From assembly GCA_951406725.2 (NCBI GenBank), contig OX597818.1:61070001-61134000 (forward strand): a DNA stretch of 64,000 nucleotides, in the 5' to 3' direction. Under the pieces are notes generated by a model that did not search any database, had not been told where the DNA came from, and saw only the letters and a program-made list of their open reading frames with translations. This document shows positions 36,955 to 51,050 of this stretch, in pieces (the first letter of the stretch is position 1; every line of letters begins with the position of its first letter). The position numbers and the translations under genes were made by a program. The stretch is from Octopus vulgaris. Its lineage: Eukaryota.

Positions 36955-39461
36955 ATTACTATGGCAACACAGATTTACTAAACTACGTTGTGGAAATCAG
37001 ATGATGTTTAGATCTACATCAGCCTTGGCTTATGGCCACCCGTTTTTTTGTTTTTTTTTTACATCAGGAATTAAATTGTCCTATGTAACTCTCTCCCTCT
37101 TTTTATTTTATTTAAAATGGCAAGGTGTTGAGAAGGAGGCTTTGAAGTTCCTACACTGGCTCAACTTAGGCTGATGTTCACAATGAGAGATGGTTCTTTT
37201 CTATACTGTCTTCCAACAAGCTTACTTTTCAGGCAATTCCCAATATAACAGATGAGACAGACAGCAAGGAATATTTTTTGATGTCTGTATTTCTGAGAAA
37301 TCTAATGGAAAAAATTCTGATATAAGTATATATGTAAAAGCATGATGCCCCAGGCAGTCAAAGAATATAGTTAAATAATCAAAAACAGCAAGTGAGGAAA
37401 AGTTACACTTTGATAAGTTATTACTTTAGCAATAAATTATCTCAGAAGCATCTAAACGAGAGCAGCAATATAGAATAAATATCAGTTTGTCCAAAACTGG
37501 AGAATTATCTTAAAGAGAAAGTCAACAAAAATTAAGTTAATCAAAGACGGAACCAGCTGTGTTTTCCGAAAGGAATACATAAATCAACACCTTTATTGTA
37601 AACAAAAGCTGCCTGAATGCATATGAAAACAAGATGTTGCTTGAGGGAAGGTAGCATCACTTGGAAACAATGATTCCAAACGCATTCCAAAGAGACATCA
37701 TAGAATTAGGGTGATGCAGCACGGGATTTTGTCAGTGATCAAGTCGTGGTCTCAAAGCGATGAAAATATTTTGGCAAATTAAATTTAAATGTTGAAGTGA
37801 ATCTAACGGTTTTTGTGTGTTTCTTAAATGGCTTATAAACACTTTCCATGCTGCAATTGTTTTTGTTCCAGTGCACGATCTCAGATCAGGTCACTTGCTA
37901 TGCAAGTACATCTCCATCATACGATGATTAATTTAAAATGACAAAGGCACACCATTAAAAAAAGAAATAAAACCCACAGCCTACAATAAAGATGATATTA
38001 TGAAGAAAACAATAAAAAAAAGTTATCCACAATAAACAGTAAGTAAATGTGAAGACTCGGATAAAAAGAATTTCATTTTAATTTTTAGTTAAGCCAAACA
38101 TACTTAAAATAGGTGACCAAAACAATGCTTCTTTGGCCCAAATTATACCCATAATCTAGAATAAAAATCAGTTGTTTTAACGATGCATTATTGTCAAGAA
38201 AGGCAAGTGAAACAATTCTGAAATCTAAATTATACAAAATTGAATGGAAGCATTAAGTGGGTCAAATCTCTGGCAAATATGTCGACATTCTTTGACATAT
38301 TTTCGTCTTATTAGTCCTCCTCAGTGAAGTATGAAAGAATATAGATGTTGAGTGACAACCATTCATTGATTTGGCAACTCAGACATAATTCCTAAAAAGT
38401 TGGCTCAGAAACTATACTGAAGAGATGTGAGTATTGTGTATAAACACACACACACACACAATTCTGAAATTAACAAAGTTGTTAAGGCATTTCTGAAGAA
38501 TTTTTTATAGTATAAAAGGATACATTGAACTGACATGACCCATCTGTCCTATGATGTAACTGGAAGTGCGAAATTTTAGAGTAAATTTAGAGGACGATAT
38601 TTCATGCTTTTTATATGACCATTAGTTAACAATTGAGAAAAAAAGTCCAACCAGAAAGTGAAAGTAGATTTTATGAAGAGTTAACATTTTCTCAGAGCTG
38701 TTTGTCCTTCTGTATAGAGAAATTTCCAACAAACTATTTTCAGTGAAACCATATAGTATAATAAACCAAAGCTAACAAGAACAATATGCCAACTAGTTAC
38801 TAATAAATGTTAGCAAATTATTCAATAACAGGAACTATTAAATGTATTGGACTATTTAATGACAATATAAGAATGAATAAATAGCGGAGTTGAATGTGAA
38901 ACAATAATAAATTTAAACTTGGTTAAACTCCATTGTAAAATAAAACAAGAGAAGAAAGAAAACTTCTTAGATTAGTATCAACCTCTCTTTCTTAAAGCTT
39001 GAAGATTTTATACATTACATGGCTGCCTGGTTAATAAGTTTGTTTCTCAATCATGTAGTTTTGGGTCAAATTCTACTGCATGGAATTTTTGTCTGCTACT
39101 AAGTGTCTGCTACTACAGATCCAAGCTGACAAAAGCCGTTTGGGTAGATTTGGTAGCCTGAAAAGTGCCTGTCAAATGTGTATGTTCTTGTATGGATGTC
39201 ATGCCAAACAAGCTATCATCATGCAAAGCAGTGTTCTTTGTTTCTGATTATTTTTTGGTGAAAACATGTTGGGCCATGAAGAAATAGAACTATTCTTGGA
39301 GAAAACTGGGAGTTAGTGAGAGAAAAGGCATCCAGCCACAGAAAATCTACCTCAACAAATTCCATCTGATCTAGACACAAGCATAAAAGAGTGGGTATTA
39401 AAATGATGAGGATGACAACGGGCAGACTACATCATCACACCACTGTCATCGTTTTACACCT

Positions 39462-39693
39462 ATTTCTTTACTACCCACAAGAGGCTAAACACAGAGAGGA
39501 CAAACAAGGACAGACAAACGGATGACGTCAATTGTATCGGCCCCAGTGCGTAACTGGTACTTATTTAATCGACCCTGAAAGGATGAAAGGCAAAATCAAC
39601 CTCGGCGTAATTTGAACTCAGAACATAGCGGCAGACGAAATACCGCTATGAATTTCGCCCGGCGTGCTAACGTTTCTGCCAGCTCACCGCCTT
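39462..39693 (-). mobile_element. SINE family B monomer, full length
   Basis: 14-bp TSD atcgttttacacct at 39448-39461 and 39694-39707. Confidence 0.9.
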
Positions 39694-42600
39694 ATCGTTT
39701 TACACCTGTTTACTTATGCTGGAATGGATGGAACATGTTGCTATGGATCGAGTATGTTCCCATTCAAAGTTAATACCAATCTTGATAGTGGATGTTATCT
39801 TGAATTAAGACATTGAGAAGTTGGAGATTACTTGTATGTAAAAAGTTTTGCCATGGTTTCCAAAGTTGGATTTCTTTGTTAGTGCTAAGCATTTTACAGA
39901 GAGTTCTGGATGCACATTAAAATGGCACCAGTACTAATTAGGCTGTTCATCAATTTTTTTAGAAATCTTTTTAATACACATTTCAATAATAGCAATAGGT
40001 ATCATGTAGGTCGATGATGAGAAGGATGGTTCCCTTTGCAAATACCGATAGGGCACAGAAAGTGTGTCAATAGCCAGCTGGAGAAGATGTTCTCCTGGGG
40101 CTACAAGCTACAGTAACATCCACCCTTAGTGGTTAGCCATATTTAGATGGCAAATATACTTCACAATACACATTTCATTATCGTTAAAATCTCAGGGTTT
40201 TGATGGTCTTATTGACTAATCATTTCTAACTCTGCTTGACCCAGAGTTAACTGATGAGAGAGAAAACATTCGGTTAGTGTTTCTAACTATGACCACCCCA
40301 CTGTATTAACAGAATTCTAGTTGTGGTAAATTACAACTTACAAATAGATTTATTGTTGATAGCACACATAATATCCAGACAAATACACAAGTCAAAATAT
40401 CTCTATGGAAATATATATATATATTCAATCAAGATTTTGAGCTTGATTCTAATATGTTCATAATACAATGACAAACAACCTTTGAAAATGAGTTTGAATA
40501 GTTTAGAAATATTTAGGAAGTAAATGAAATCTATTTCTGAGATTTGTTTTTGTCTTAATTATTAGAAATTCTTTACATGGATTTCCTGCATTCAAACTAT
40601 GTTTTGAAGTGAAGGAGACGTTTAATATACTTTCATAAGATATTCACATTTACAAATATACCTAAACAATGATGCTATTAATGACCGCATTAAAGATCAA
40701 ATTAAACAATGATACTATTAAACACAGAAATAATAGAAGGAAATTTAGAAATGCGGGTTTTTCTGATGCCATGTCATGCAAACATGACAATAGAAGAGAA
40801 AACACGAAGTTTCAATTCGTTGAGAGGATACTTTGATTAATGAATCTGAAATACAAGAAAACTATCACTGGATAACCATCACAAGTAAAATACCATCAAC
40901 GAACTATTGATCTGCAATGGGGGTGCCCTATTTCCCACTTTATTTATCACCAACAGAAGGTTTTAAGTGGAATGGTTTATAAACACATACAAAGACCAGT
41001 ATTTCCAAGAGCCTGTGTTTGTTTGGATAAGTGGATAGATAAATAAATAGATAGAATAAAGATTATTTGCTAATTTGGCAATGCTAATTTGTTTTAAAAG
41101 AAGTTTATTGCTGTTATTAATTAGAGAATGAAAATCAAAAACTAGGAAAATATTGGTTAAAATATGCGAAATGAAATTAAAATTGAAAATGGGTCACTAA
41201 TATTTAAAACAGAAGTTGAACCAAGAGAGGGGGGAGTGATTTTCCAATGCATACACAACCTAATTTCATAAAACAAACAGTAATATCTTCAATTTCTTTT
41301 TCTAATTCATTACTCTAATGACAATAATTTATGAAAAGTTCTTTCCACCAGCTGTTTATGTCTAATACTTGAAATGAAAGAAGTTGCTATTGACTGCAAT
41401 ATCTAGCATTTTAATCAACTTTTACTGTGTCAATAATGTACTCTAAAATTAATATAATGACATAAAATTTTCTAATTGTATACTTTATGCAGACAATTCA
41501 AATATTTATATCCATTAATATAAGCTAATTTTTCAGAAAGAAAAGAAAAACATATATACTATTATACTGATGGAAATAAACAGGTTTTTAATATAACAAA
41601 TTTTCATGAAACAATATAAGAGAGATGGAGTCTTCTCTACTTTGTACTGTTAAATATCTTTTATTGCTTTCTGAAACCTAAGAGCACCGAGTGGTTAGAA
41701 TTATTTCTGTTAGTCATCTGTGTTTCAGTATTTTTGGAATTGCTATAATTTGCCTGTACGCAAGAGCAGCATTGAGTGAACAACATGATAAGATTAGGAG
41801 AAAGTGTTACTCCTTTTGATCCCTTAGCGCCTATTAATCTGTTCAAGATCAAGTTCCTTTAGGAATAATGAAAAATAATGTGGATGTTCTTGCTTATCTC
41901 TCAAATAGGAAATACGGTTGCAAAAGGGTGTTCTTAAATTTCCAATCTGAGTCAAAAGTAGATTAGAACTGAAATGGTACTACACGGATCCATTTCTAGA
42001 AGCAGCATTTAAATTTGAGAGAATATTCTCGAAGCTTTAACAATGTTTTTCTGTCTCTGTATGGCATGAGGTGGAAACGGGTGTCACACGGTATCATACC
42101 ATTCCATTTGATCCTTTGTTATCTTGCCCCCCCCTCACCATTTCTCATCTTGTGTCTCCCTCTGTTGTGGATGATATCTTTCTTTTACAGAATGACTCTC
42201 TTTTATCCAATATTCATCAGCAGCATCTCATGTCTATTTGAATGCATCTGCCTCACCTGAACACATTAACCGATACCTTTACAGTCAATCTACGTGTGCT
42301 CTGTCATCCACACAGGTTAACATAAAACATCAAACAGATGAATGATGCTCACATCTAGCTTCTACAAATCTCTTACATCCAAGGCCCGTGTTTCACCACT
42401 TTGCAATCTGCCCTTTGTACGGCAAGATTAATAGCTTCTTGCCATGACAAACAACAGCTCACTTATCTTTTTGCATCCATATGTTGTTACACTGGCTTCT
42501 ATCCTTTCATTACACCAACATCCAACACTTGTCACATCACCTAAATAACAGAAACTATTAACTTTGTTGAATGAAACTGATCGGCCAATGGCTATCATTG

Positions 42601-44621
42601 CAATGTTGTTATAACTACCTTACCATTTTCATTTGTTCCATACAAGATTCTTCTCCCAATTTTCCTACCCTTTGCCTTTAGTAAGACTGAGCTTTACCAT
42701 TTTACCCTGGCTCTTGGTTTCTGCAGCACTGAGCTTTACCCAGTTCTTCTACTTTTTTTGCTTCCATAGCACCAACCTTTTCCTCTGGTATAAATTTTAT
42801 TGATTCTCTATTTTGTCAAAATTCAGAAGTGTACCAGAAATATTTAGACGTACAGAAAATTTAAAATTTTATGCTCATTTATTTGATTTAATGGAAAGGG
42901 GAAATATTAATTTGTTTAATTAATTAAAAAAGAGATAAAACATAAAATGTATAGCATCAAAGTCATTTCAGGGTTGTAGTTTAAAAACAGGAAAAAAACC
43001 CCTTTGTTCCTTTACTTTTTGAACAAATACCATTATGGGGAGTGGTGGAGAAAAGAAAGCAAATTGTCAGTATGAAAAGTGCATGGCCCACCTACATGGT
43101 ACTGAAATGTGTTTGTAGCATTTTAAGTATGAGTTGTATTCAGTTACTAGAGGAAATAGTCAAATTGATGACATTAAACCAATTAACAAATGGAGTTAAT
43201 TTTTTTCTTTTTTTGAACAAATTAGATTTGACACACCCTTATAATATGCTAAAAAGACTAATTTAGAAACAGATTAATATTTACAGACACTTGGTGATAA
43301 AAAACAGTAAGGTAAAATTTCCATTAACCTGATATTGAGCAAGAAGCCTAAAATATAGGTATGACAATGTAATTAGAGTAATCAATTTCTGCTAATAGGG
43401 AAAATGATTATAAATAAATTGAAGTGTGCATTAACTTTCTAATACTTTCATTTACAAATTTATTCTAATGTTGAAAGAATGGAAAATTTCCAACTTTCAT
43501 TGCATTGTACTTTAATTATTTGATAATTTTACTTTGTTACTTAAATTTCAAGGATTCTTTAAAGTTAAGAACTAAAAATCTTTAAATTAAAAACACATGC
43601 GTATGTAATGGCACGACATTCTGAGAATGAACTTCAATTCCTCGAAAGCTTTCCAAAATTAAAAGAAATAAAACGAATGAGATAACTTGAGTGGTAAAAG
43701 AAAATCGCAGTTTTGAAGTAGTTTGTCTCAAGTGATTTTTCTATATTCTTCTATCTGGTAAACTTCCTAATGAAACCTCGCCACCCTCGCCCACCCAGAA
43801 AAGGAATGTAAAGTGAAATAAGAAATGGTTTCTTATTGTTTCCTCAAGTTATTGTGACAAGGTAAAGCACAGTTTATAAATCATATGCAAGGGTAATACA
43901 CAAAATAATGTAGTGCGCCTTTGGCAAACACATTACACATGTCAACAATGTTATTAGACGCAAAACTTGCTCTAATTCATGATAATACGGAGATGCAAAA
44001 CAGCACGGTTGTAATAATGTGGATCTAGAATTGTACGGCATTACATCGGAGTATGGAAACCTACCAAACCTATAGCAATATGGAGAAACAAAATATCAAA
44101 AGGAAAAAAAAACAAACCCTCCGACAAAATTCACTTACTGGTTGCTGATAGTTACTGATTAGACAGCATAAAACAAGTTACACATATATACACACATCTC
44201 GAATTGACAGAATTCCTATGAACATTTTTTCTCAAAGTTATTTTTGTAGCAAAAAAAAAACAACAACTTGACTTTTTGCTTGAGGAGAAACAAAATATAA
44301 ATTGAAGACAATAAATTCTGGAACACAACCCATAAAGTTTGCTGTGTTCAAAATTTAAATTAGACTAAAAGAATGTTTTCTTTATTGCATTCCATGAGTA
44401 ATATTGTATAATAATAAATTTCCTGTCATCGGTTTGCTTAAAAATTTTAAAACACTAAAACAGTATAATTCCTTTTTCAGTTATGAGAAAATGTTTTGAA
44501 ACTTGGCATTACTAAAATTAAAGTTACATAGAAGAGTCCAACCCATGCCAGCAGGGAGAGCTGGCATTAACTGATGTTGGGATTAAGCAAATATCACAGG
44601 CAACAATTTTTAAATAATCCA

Positions 44622-45720
44622 AGATGGAAGGTAAGTGTTAGTCATTAGTACAGTGATAAATTTAATGAACAGACAGGTGTTCACCAAGGCTCAATTCTTG
44701 GTCCTCCAATTCCTTATGGCCCTCCAGGTTATAACAGAGGAATTTAAGATTGGCTACCTACAGGAACTACTATATGCAGATGATCTTGCTCTGATAACAG
44801 AATCTGTAAAAAAAAAAAAACTAGGAAAAGAAATTCCAGGTGTGGAAGCAAAACCTGGAATTGAAGGGCCTTAAAATAACTTTGCAAAGACTAATGTTTT
44901 TAGCAAGCAAGAAAACAGACAGGACCCTTGTCACTTCAGGTAAATGTCCCTGCTTGATACATAGGAAAGGTGTAGGAAGAAATTCCATTCTATGTACCGA
45001 GTTCAATTCGTGGACAGACAAGTGAAGTGGAATCACAGGTGAGTTAATAGAGTAAGTAGTGTATGTGTGCTGATGTACAAAAGCCATAAAGTCTACAGAT
45101 ACACAAGAAAATGATTCTTTCAGCTGCCTCGCCGAGGCTCTCTAAGGGTTGTAGATAATTTCTGTTACCTAGGAGTCCCAATTAGCAGTGGAAGAAGATG
45201 TTCTGAAAGTGTAATTGCAAGTGTAAGAATAAGATGGAAGAAATTCAGAGAATTTTTGCCTCTGTTGGCAACCAAAGATCTTTTTCTTTTTTTTTTTTCT
45301 GAATGAAAAGAAGATTGTATGATGCATGTTTACAAACAGCAATGTTATATGATAGTGAGATATGGGCCCTAAATGTAGAGGATGTGCAAAGACTTGAGAG
45401 AAATGAAGCTGGTTCCATTGGATGTGCAATGTCAGGGTAAATATTTGATAGTGCTGGTGTATTGAGAGAAAAGTTAGGTATGAGGGAAATTAGATGTAGG
45501 GTGCATGAGAGGAGACTGCACTGGTTGGGTCATGTGATGTGCATGGATGAGGAGAGTTCCTGAAAGAAGTATTAATCACTCAAAGTTGATGGAAATTGTG
45601 GAAGACAGGACAAAGAATTAAAAGCTGATCTGAAGATGCTGAGCCTTATGGAGAAAATGACAAAGGATCAAGGTGTTTGGCACCTTGTTGTGCTTGAGGA
45701 AACCTGGCCACCGCAACAGA
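44622..45720 (+). mobile_element. RTE-clade LINE fragment (RT C-terminus to ORF end), decayed
   Basis: ELLYADDLALI (YADD motif), WKQNLELKGLK, GKCPCLIHRKGVGRNSILCT, FCYLG and RRLHWLGHVM segments, with frameshifts. Confidence 0.82.
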
Positions 45721-46240
45721 ATTGTTATCCTAAAACCATCTTGGTTAATGCTTGAATGTATGGAGCTCTGCACCATCTCCATTTTTCACTGTCTTTCCAA
45801 GATTTTTCTCCACAGCTCATTCCTTAACACTCATCACTTGTCTATCTCTGGTATTATCCAGCTACCATAATCGTCTGAGAGCAGAATGTTTTAACAGACA
45901 ACTACTGCATGCCTACACCTTACAGAAATCCCAGAACAGAAAAAAACAACCCCACATCATTATCCTAAGTTAGAAATATGAAGGTGAGGCAATGTTAACA
46001 TATAAACTGGTTAATATTTGAAACTGCCTTCCTTATATGAATGGATCAAACGAGATATTCATTGTTCTTATATATCCTTCTGAGATAGTATTGAACCACA
46101 AGCAGAAGAATAAAGACATCTTGAAGAGTATATTCCAACTACTGACAGTGCTTTCCATGATAATGGTGGTGGTGGTGGTAGTAGTGAGGGTCTTATTTGT
46201 ATTGTACTGCTATAGATGATTACTGAACTGACCTATGACT

Positions 46241-46579
46241 GAGACCCCCTTCGGTCACAACACAGACCATGGGATTGCACCTAGAAAGTTACCTTCCGAG
46301 GCACAAGTCCGGGCAAGATTGTTTTACGGAAGACCAGCAGTCGCCCATGCATACCAGCCTCCCATCTCCATGCCACAGATGTTATCCAAGGGAAAGGCAA
46401 AGGCGCCGATACAGCTTGGAACCTGTGATGTCGCAACTCATTTCTACAGCTGAATGAACTGGAGCAACGTGAAATAAAGTGTCTTGCTCAAGAACACAAC
46501 ATGCAGCCTGGTCCGGGATTCAAGCTCACAACCTTACGATCATAAGCTTGATGCTCTAACCACTGAGCCATGCACCGTC
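46241..46579 (-). mobile_element. SINE family D, full length
   Basis: 14-bp TSD actgacctatgact at 46227-46240 and 46580-46593. Confidence 0.9.
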
Positions 46580-46999
46580 ACTGACCTATGACTATAAAAC
46601 TGGTACCTATACATCTCATGCATCTGCAAGAATTATCCCCATCATTTTACTGAACATCTTACGGAACTGGAAATTCAGAGTTCTGACAAAATGTAGCTTT
46701 AGCATAAAACAAAAACTCCTAAAAGACTGTATTTAGTGACACTCTTTCAATTATTAGCACCATTTTAATGTCTAATTCCCATGCTGGCATGGGAATTTAC
46801 TGAGACATATTTTTTACAGCAGGATGCTATTTCAGTTATCAATCCTAACACGTTTCCAAGACAGGTAATATTTCTTCCTGACCAGACATGTCTTTTGCAG
46901 ATTATTCAAAATGCATGAAACTACTTCTTTGATAGTCACAACTATCATATGATGTCAAGGAAAGAAGACACACACACACACATATATATATATACTGCG

Positions 47000-47306
47000 T
47001 CGCCTTACTAGCACTTGTGTTGGTGGCACATGAAACGTTCGAGCGAGGTTGTCGCCAGTGTTGCTGGACTGGCTCATGTGCAGGTGGCACATAAATAGCA
47101 CCATCTGGGCATGGCCATTGCCAGTACCACCAAAGTGGCACGTAAAAGCACCCACTACACTCTCAGAGTGGTTGGTCTTAGGAAGGTCATCCAGCTGTAG
47201 AAACGCTGCCAGATCAGATTGGAGTCTGGTTTGCCAGATCTCAGTCAAATCGTCCAACCCATGCTAGCATGGAAAGCAGACGTTAAATAATGATGATGAT
47301 GATGAT
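47000..47306 (+). mobile_element. Family C retroposon (RTE-like tail ending in (GAT)n)
   Basis: ggcacgtaaaagcacccactacactc...catccagctgtagaaac...catggaaagcagacgttaa(a)taatgatgat. Confidence 0.8.
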
Positions 47307-49397
47307 GTGCATGTACGTGTATAAACATACAATAGGCTAAATCCAATCTACTAAATCCATTTACAAGGCTCAGTGTGAGGTGATAAAAAGAGACTTGTCC
47401 AAGGTGCCATGCAATGGGACTGACCCTAAACCAAACAAACACCTCAACCATACAGCCACATTTATGCTTACCTTTCAATCTTGTAACTAAAGTGAAATGG
47501 ATGCATGCACATGTGGGTATGTTCTATGAAGCACTTACGACGAAATGCTGATGTTTGAATTATCTGAGATCCCCACATCCTCACACCACTCCACTCTCAA
47601 CTGAGTCATGCTGCCAAAAGTTTCGACAATATATTTGAGAGTGAATCTCACATTTAATGTATTATTTCTGTCTCTTCAATTCTTCTCGGTAACATTATTT
47701 AGGTGGACAGTATTGACACAAGAAGGTTAACCATAGTGTAGCTAATTCTGGTTTTGCTTGGATTCTCTTTGTGTCTGATTTATTTGAAGCTGATAGAATA
47801 AGTAGCAGTAATATACTGAGATTAATTCAAATAAGAAACAATCACACACGAAAGTGGCTTCATTCCTAGTTTAGGAGATCATTTGTGGTTTATCATAACA
47901 ATAGCAATATAAAGCACTTCTAATAGCTTTAAATATGAAAGGGTTAAAACTGATTCTAAATGCAGTTCCTCTGGCACTTTTAGATAAATTATTTGCTCTT
48001 CATTCTTGATTAAAAAAAAAGACAGAAAGAAAAAAAGAAAGAAAAGAAAAACAAAAACAAAAAAAAAAGAGACAGAAAGGCAATCAGCCAACTTACAAAA
48101 TTGAACTTCTATGCATTGTTGGATTAAGGTTATTGAGATGATTATAGTAGTTAAAGTCCCTTAAGGCTACATTCATCATTCATTGCTCTGCTTTCAGATC
48201 ATTTGTCATTTAAATTGCTGTAGCTAAATATCCTGAAACTCCATGCAGGAATGCTTATTAGAAGTGTTTTTCACATTATGTTATTATTAGTGCTATATAC
48301 TTGTTTTTGTTTTAATTTCACAAATTTATAATTTGCAGAGGGGTTTTCTTTTCTTGTTGATGTAAAGTATCTTCTTTGAACTCCATTTCAATAGACCTGT
48401 GGCACAGAGGTAAACAAGTCAACGGTTAATAGCAGCAAGAGCTTCTTCTCGCATGAATGGGCAGAACAGATAAATTATTTTGTGAAGCTAATGCTTTCTG
48501 TAAACAGATACGTGTTTCAGAGAAGCCTGAACGTATGATGCTCCGATGAAAAAAAAGGTAAGATATACAGAATATATGTAGATCAGTAAAGTGCAACAAA
48601 GCTGATTGACAGACACTGCAAGCAATTTTGTTTTTTTCTGGGCTAAGCAGTTAAAAAAAAAAAAAGCAGCGATTTTAATAAAATTAAAAAAAAAAAAAGC
48701 AAAGCTCAGTTGCCAGTTTAAGGGTGGAGCAAATCAAAAATAGTAGTTTAGCCCCAGGTCAACCTTGGTCAACGAGGCCTATGATCAAAGATGCTTCAGT
48801 AGTAATTATGCAGCATGTCTTTTTTTTTGTGGGGGGGTTGGTTTGTTTTTAAAGAAATAATGAATGATTTGAGGCAAGTTTGGCAGTGAGTTCTAGCAGA
48901 CTGAAAACTATTTAGCTAGTCACTTGTTGGTTGAGGTGGGAAGAGTTTGTAACAAATGTAAATTCGTTAATTACTTAGGTGACTTTCTTTACAAAACATA
49001 CAAAAAAGAAAAAAAAAGCATCAAAGACTATTTATATTCAGGTTGCATTAATTTTTAGTAAGCAATTATTAAGAGGTGGTGTTAAGGAAAGCTCCCCAGC
49101 AGCAGTTATTCCCATTTTCTGACATAATTCATTTTCATTTTTATTTCTTTCTTATTGAATGACAAGTCTGTGCAAACGAGGGAGTTAACTTTTAAGTAGA
49201 TTAGATATCAAATTAAGATTATGGAAGTTTGTCCTAAGAACCAGCATAAAGAGAACTGGAGGTGCTGGCTAAATAGGTTAACACACAAGTCTGAAAAATA
49301 ATATAGAAGCCAAAATTCAATACTGAGAATTGATATATACAAAAAAGGGAAAAAATAAGGAAAAAATTGCATTCAGTACTAAATGGCAAACATATTT

Positions 49398-49727
49398 CAT
49401 CACCATCATCAGCATTGTTTAATGTCCGCTTTCCATGCTGGCATGGGTTGGACGATTTGACCGAGGACTGGTGACCCAGATGGCTTTACCAGGTTCCAAT
49501 CTGATCTGGCAGAGTTTCTACAGCTGGATGCCCTTCCTAATGCCAACCACTCTGAGAGTGTAGTGGGTACTTTTATGTGCCACAAGCACAAGGGCCAGCC
49601 AGGCAGTACTGGCAATGGCCATGCTCAAATGGTGTTTTTTATGTGCCACCTGCACAGGAGCCAGTCCAGCAGCTCTGGCAGTGACCTCGCTTGAATATTT
49701 TTTCACATGCCACCGGCACAAGTGCCA
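49398..49727 (-). mobile_element. Family C retroposon, ~75 bp from the donor of exon 49801-49919
   Basis: Reverse complement of family C, including the 5' tandem units. Confidence 0.8.
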
Positions 49728-49800
49728 TATATATTCCGACGCTGAAAGAAAGTAATGAAATTAACTCATATGCTACTCATTAAATGATTAAAAGTATTAC

Positions 49801-49919
49801 CTTTGACCAGGAAAATGTTATGAGAGGGGCTCCATCTGCTTTACAGATTAAAGTTGCTGTTCCTCCTTTGTCACTGGCTGCTTTTGCATATTGCCGTGAT
49901 TGGTCTATTTGTGGTGGAT
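49801..49919 (-). CDS. NPHS1: Nephrin-like receptor exon: N-terminal half of the last Ig domain
   Basis: Acceptor cttttgaatag|AT and donor AAG|gtaata; 119 bp, phase 1/0. YPPQIDQSRQYAKAASDKGGTATLICKADGAPLITFSWSK (KAA...A-x-L-x-C-x-A-x-G-x-P...F-x-W as in Sns/nephrin). Confidence 0.9.
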
Positions 49920-50029
49920 CTATTCAAAAGAGACAGAAGCAAGCAATGAATATAAAAACCAACTGTTCATATGGAAATATAAGTCTGAAGTAGCTCATTA
50001 GCTTTAATTCTTTGAATAAAGACTAAGGT

Positions 50030-50255
50030 TTGACCCTTTAGCGTTCAGATTACTCTGTCAAATATAAATGCTTTTTCATTCACATTGTTTTGAATTAATC
50101 CTGCATTATCTTGTAGCCCTGAGAATTTGATGACGTGAATGTTTATTTTGAGGATGTCATTGTAGGATATGAGTGAGAGGCCAGATCTAGATGGTTTGAA
50201 CATAAAAGGAGAAAATTTGGGTCAGATATGGCCAGTTTAAATGTTAAAGGGTTAA
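50030..50255. mobile_element. piggyBac-type MITE (same family as 12792-13020, opposite orientation)
   Basis: TTGA-CCCTTTAG ... TTAAAGGG-TTAA; internal reverse similarity to the 12792 copy. Confidence 0.78.
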
Positions 50256-50495
50256 ATATTCTTGTTGGGTTTTTGAGTGGCTCTTTTGGGGGTTTTGACA
50301 GTCAGTGGGCAGAAAGGAAGTTATCTTCAGATGGAAGATCTGGTTTGAATGCTACCAACTGAGTGAACTTTATTAAAAGGCATCCAAAGGGTTAGGCAGT
50401 AGTCTTAAAACAGATGTTGGATTAAGTCTACCATGCAATACTAAGTTTCAGATCACTCCTGCCTGAGCTGTTCTAATCATGATTATCTCATCTTT

Positions 50496-50647
50496 TACAT
50501 TATTTAGATTTGACAGATATTTGTCCTCATCTTGTTAACACAACATTTTGGTTGATATAACCTCCGGTTAACAACAAACAAGATGAGGACAAATGTCTGT
50601 CAAATGTAAATAATGTACATAATTCTTCATCTCTTAAATATAGAACA
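50496..50647. mobile_element. Palindromic derivative of the 25245-25592 element
   Basis: Inverted arms tacattatttagatttgacagatatttgtcctcatcttg / caagatgaggacaaatgtctgtcaaatgtaaataatgta; 11-bp TSD atctcatcttt at 50485-50495 and 50648-50658. Confidence 0.78.
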
Positions 50648-50827
50648 ATCTCATCTTTATTGCACATAATGTGTATCTAGAACTACAGTATTCGCTATGT
50701 CTTTCTCTTTTAAAATGGTAGGGGTGACATTTAAGAGAATTTTGGGTGCTATTTCTGTCAGGTCAAATGACTGCAGAAATGCTCCCTCATTAGATAGTTA
50801 TATCTTGACAGAAGACCCTATTAAGGA

Positions 50828-51050
50828 TCATCATCGTTTAACGTCCATTTTTCATGCTAGCATGGGTTGGATGGTTCGACCGGGGTCTTGTAAGCCATGG
50901 AGGCTGCACCAGGCTCCAGTCTGATCTGGCAGTGTTTCTACAGCTGGATGCCCTTCCTAAAACCAACCACTCTGTGAGTGTAGTGGGTGCTTTTTACGTG
51001 CCACTGGCACTGGTACAGCCATGATCGGTTGGTGCTTTTTACGTGCCACC
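50828..51050 (-). mobile_element. Family C retroposon
   Basis: atcatcatcgtttaacgtcc...ggatgcccttcctaa...ggtgctttttacgtgccac. Confidence 0.8.

Noticed and set aside
40248-40276. CTGATGA...GAAAAC motif
   Set aside because: No stem II can form; chance match.
48520-48557. Plus-strand exon-like segment (tttcag|...|gtaag) suggesting an antisense gene
   Set aside because: Stops in all frames and no partner exons.
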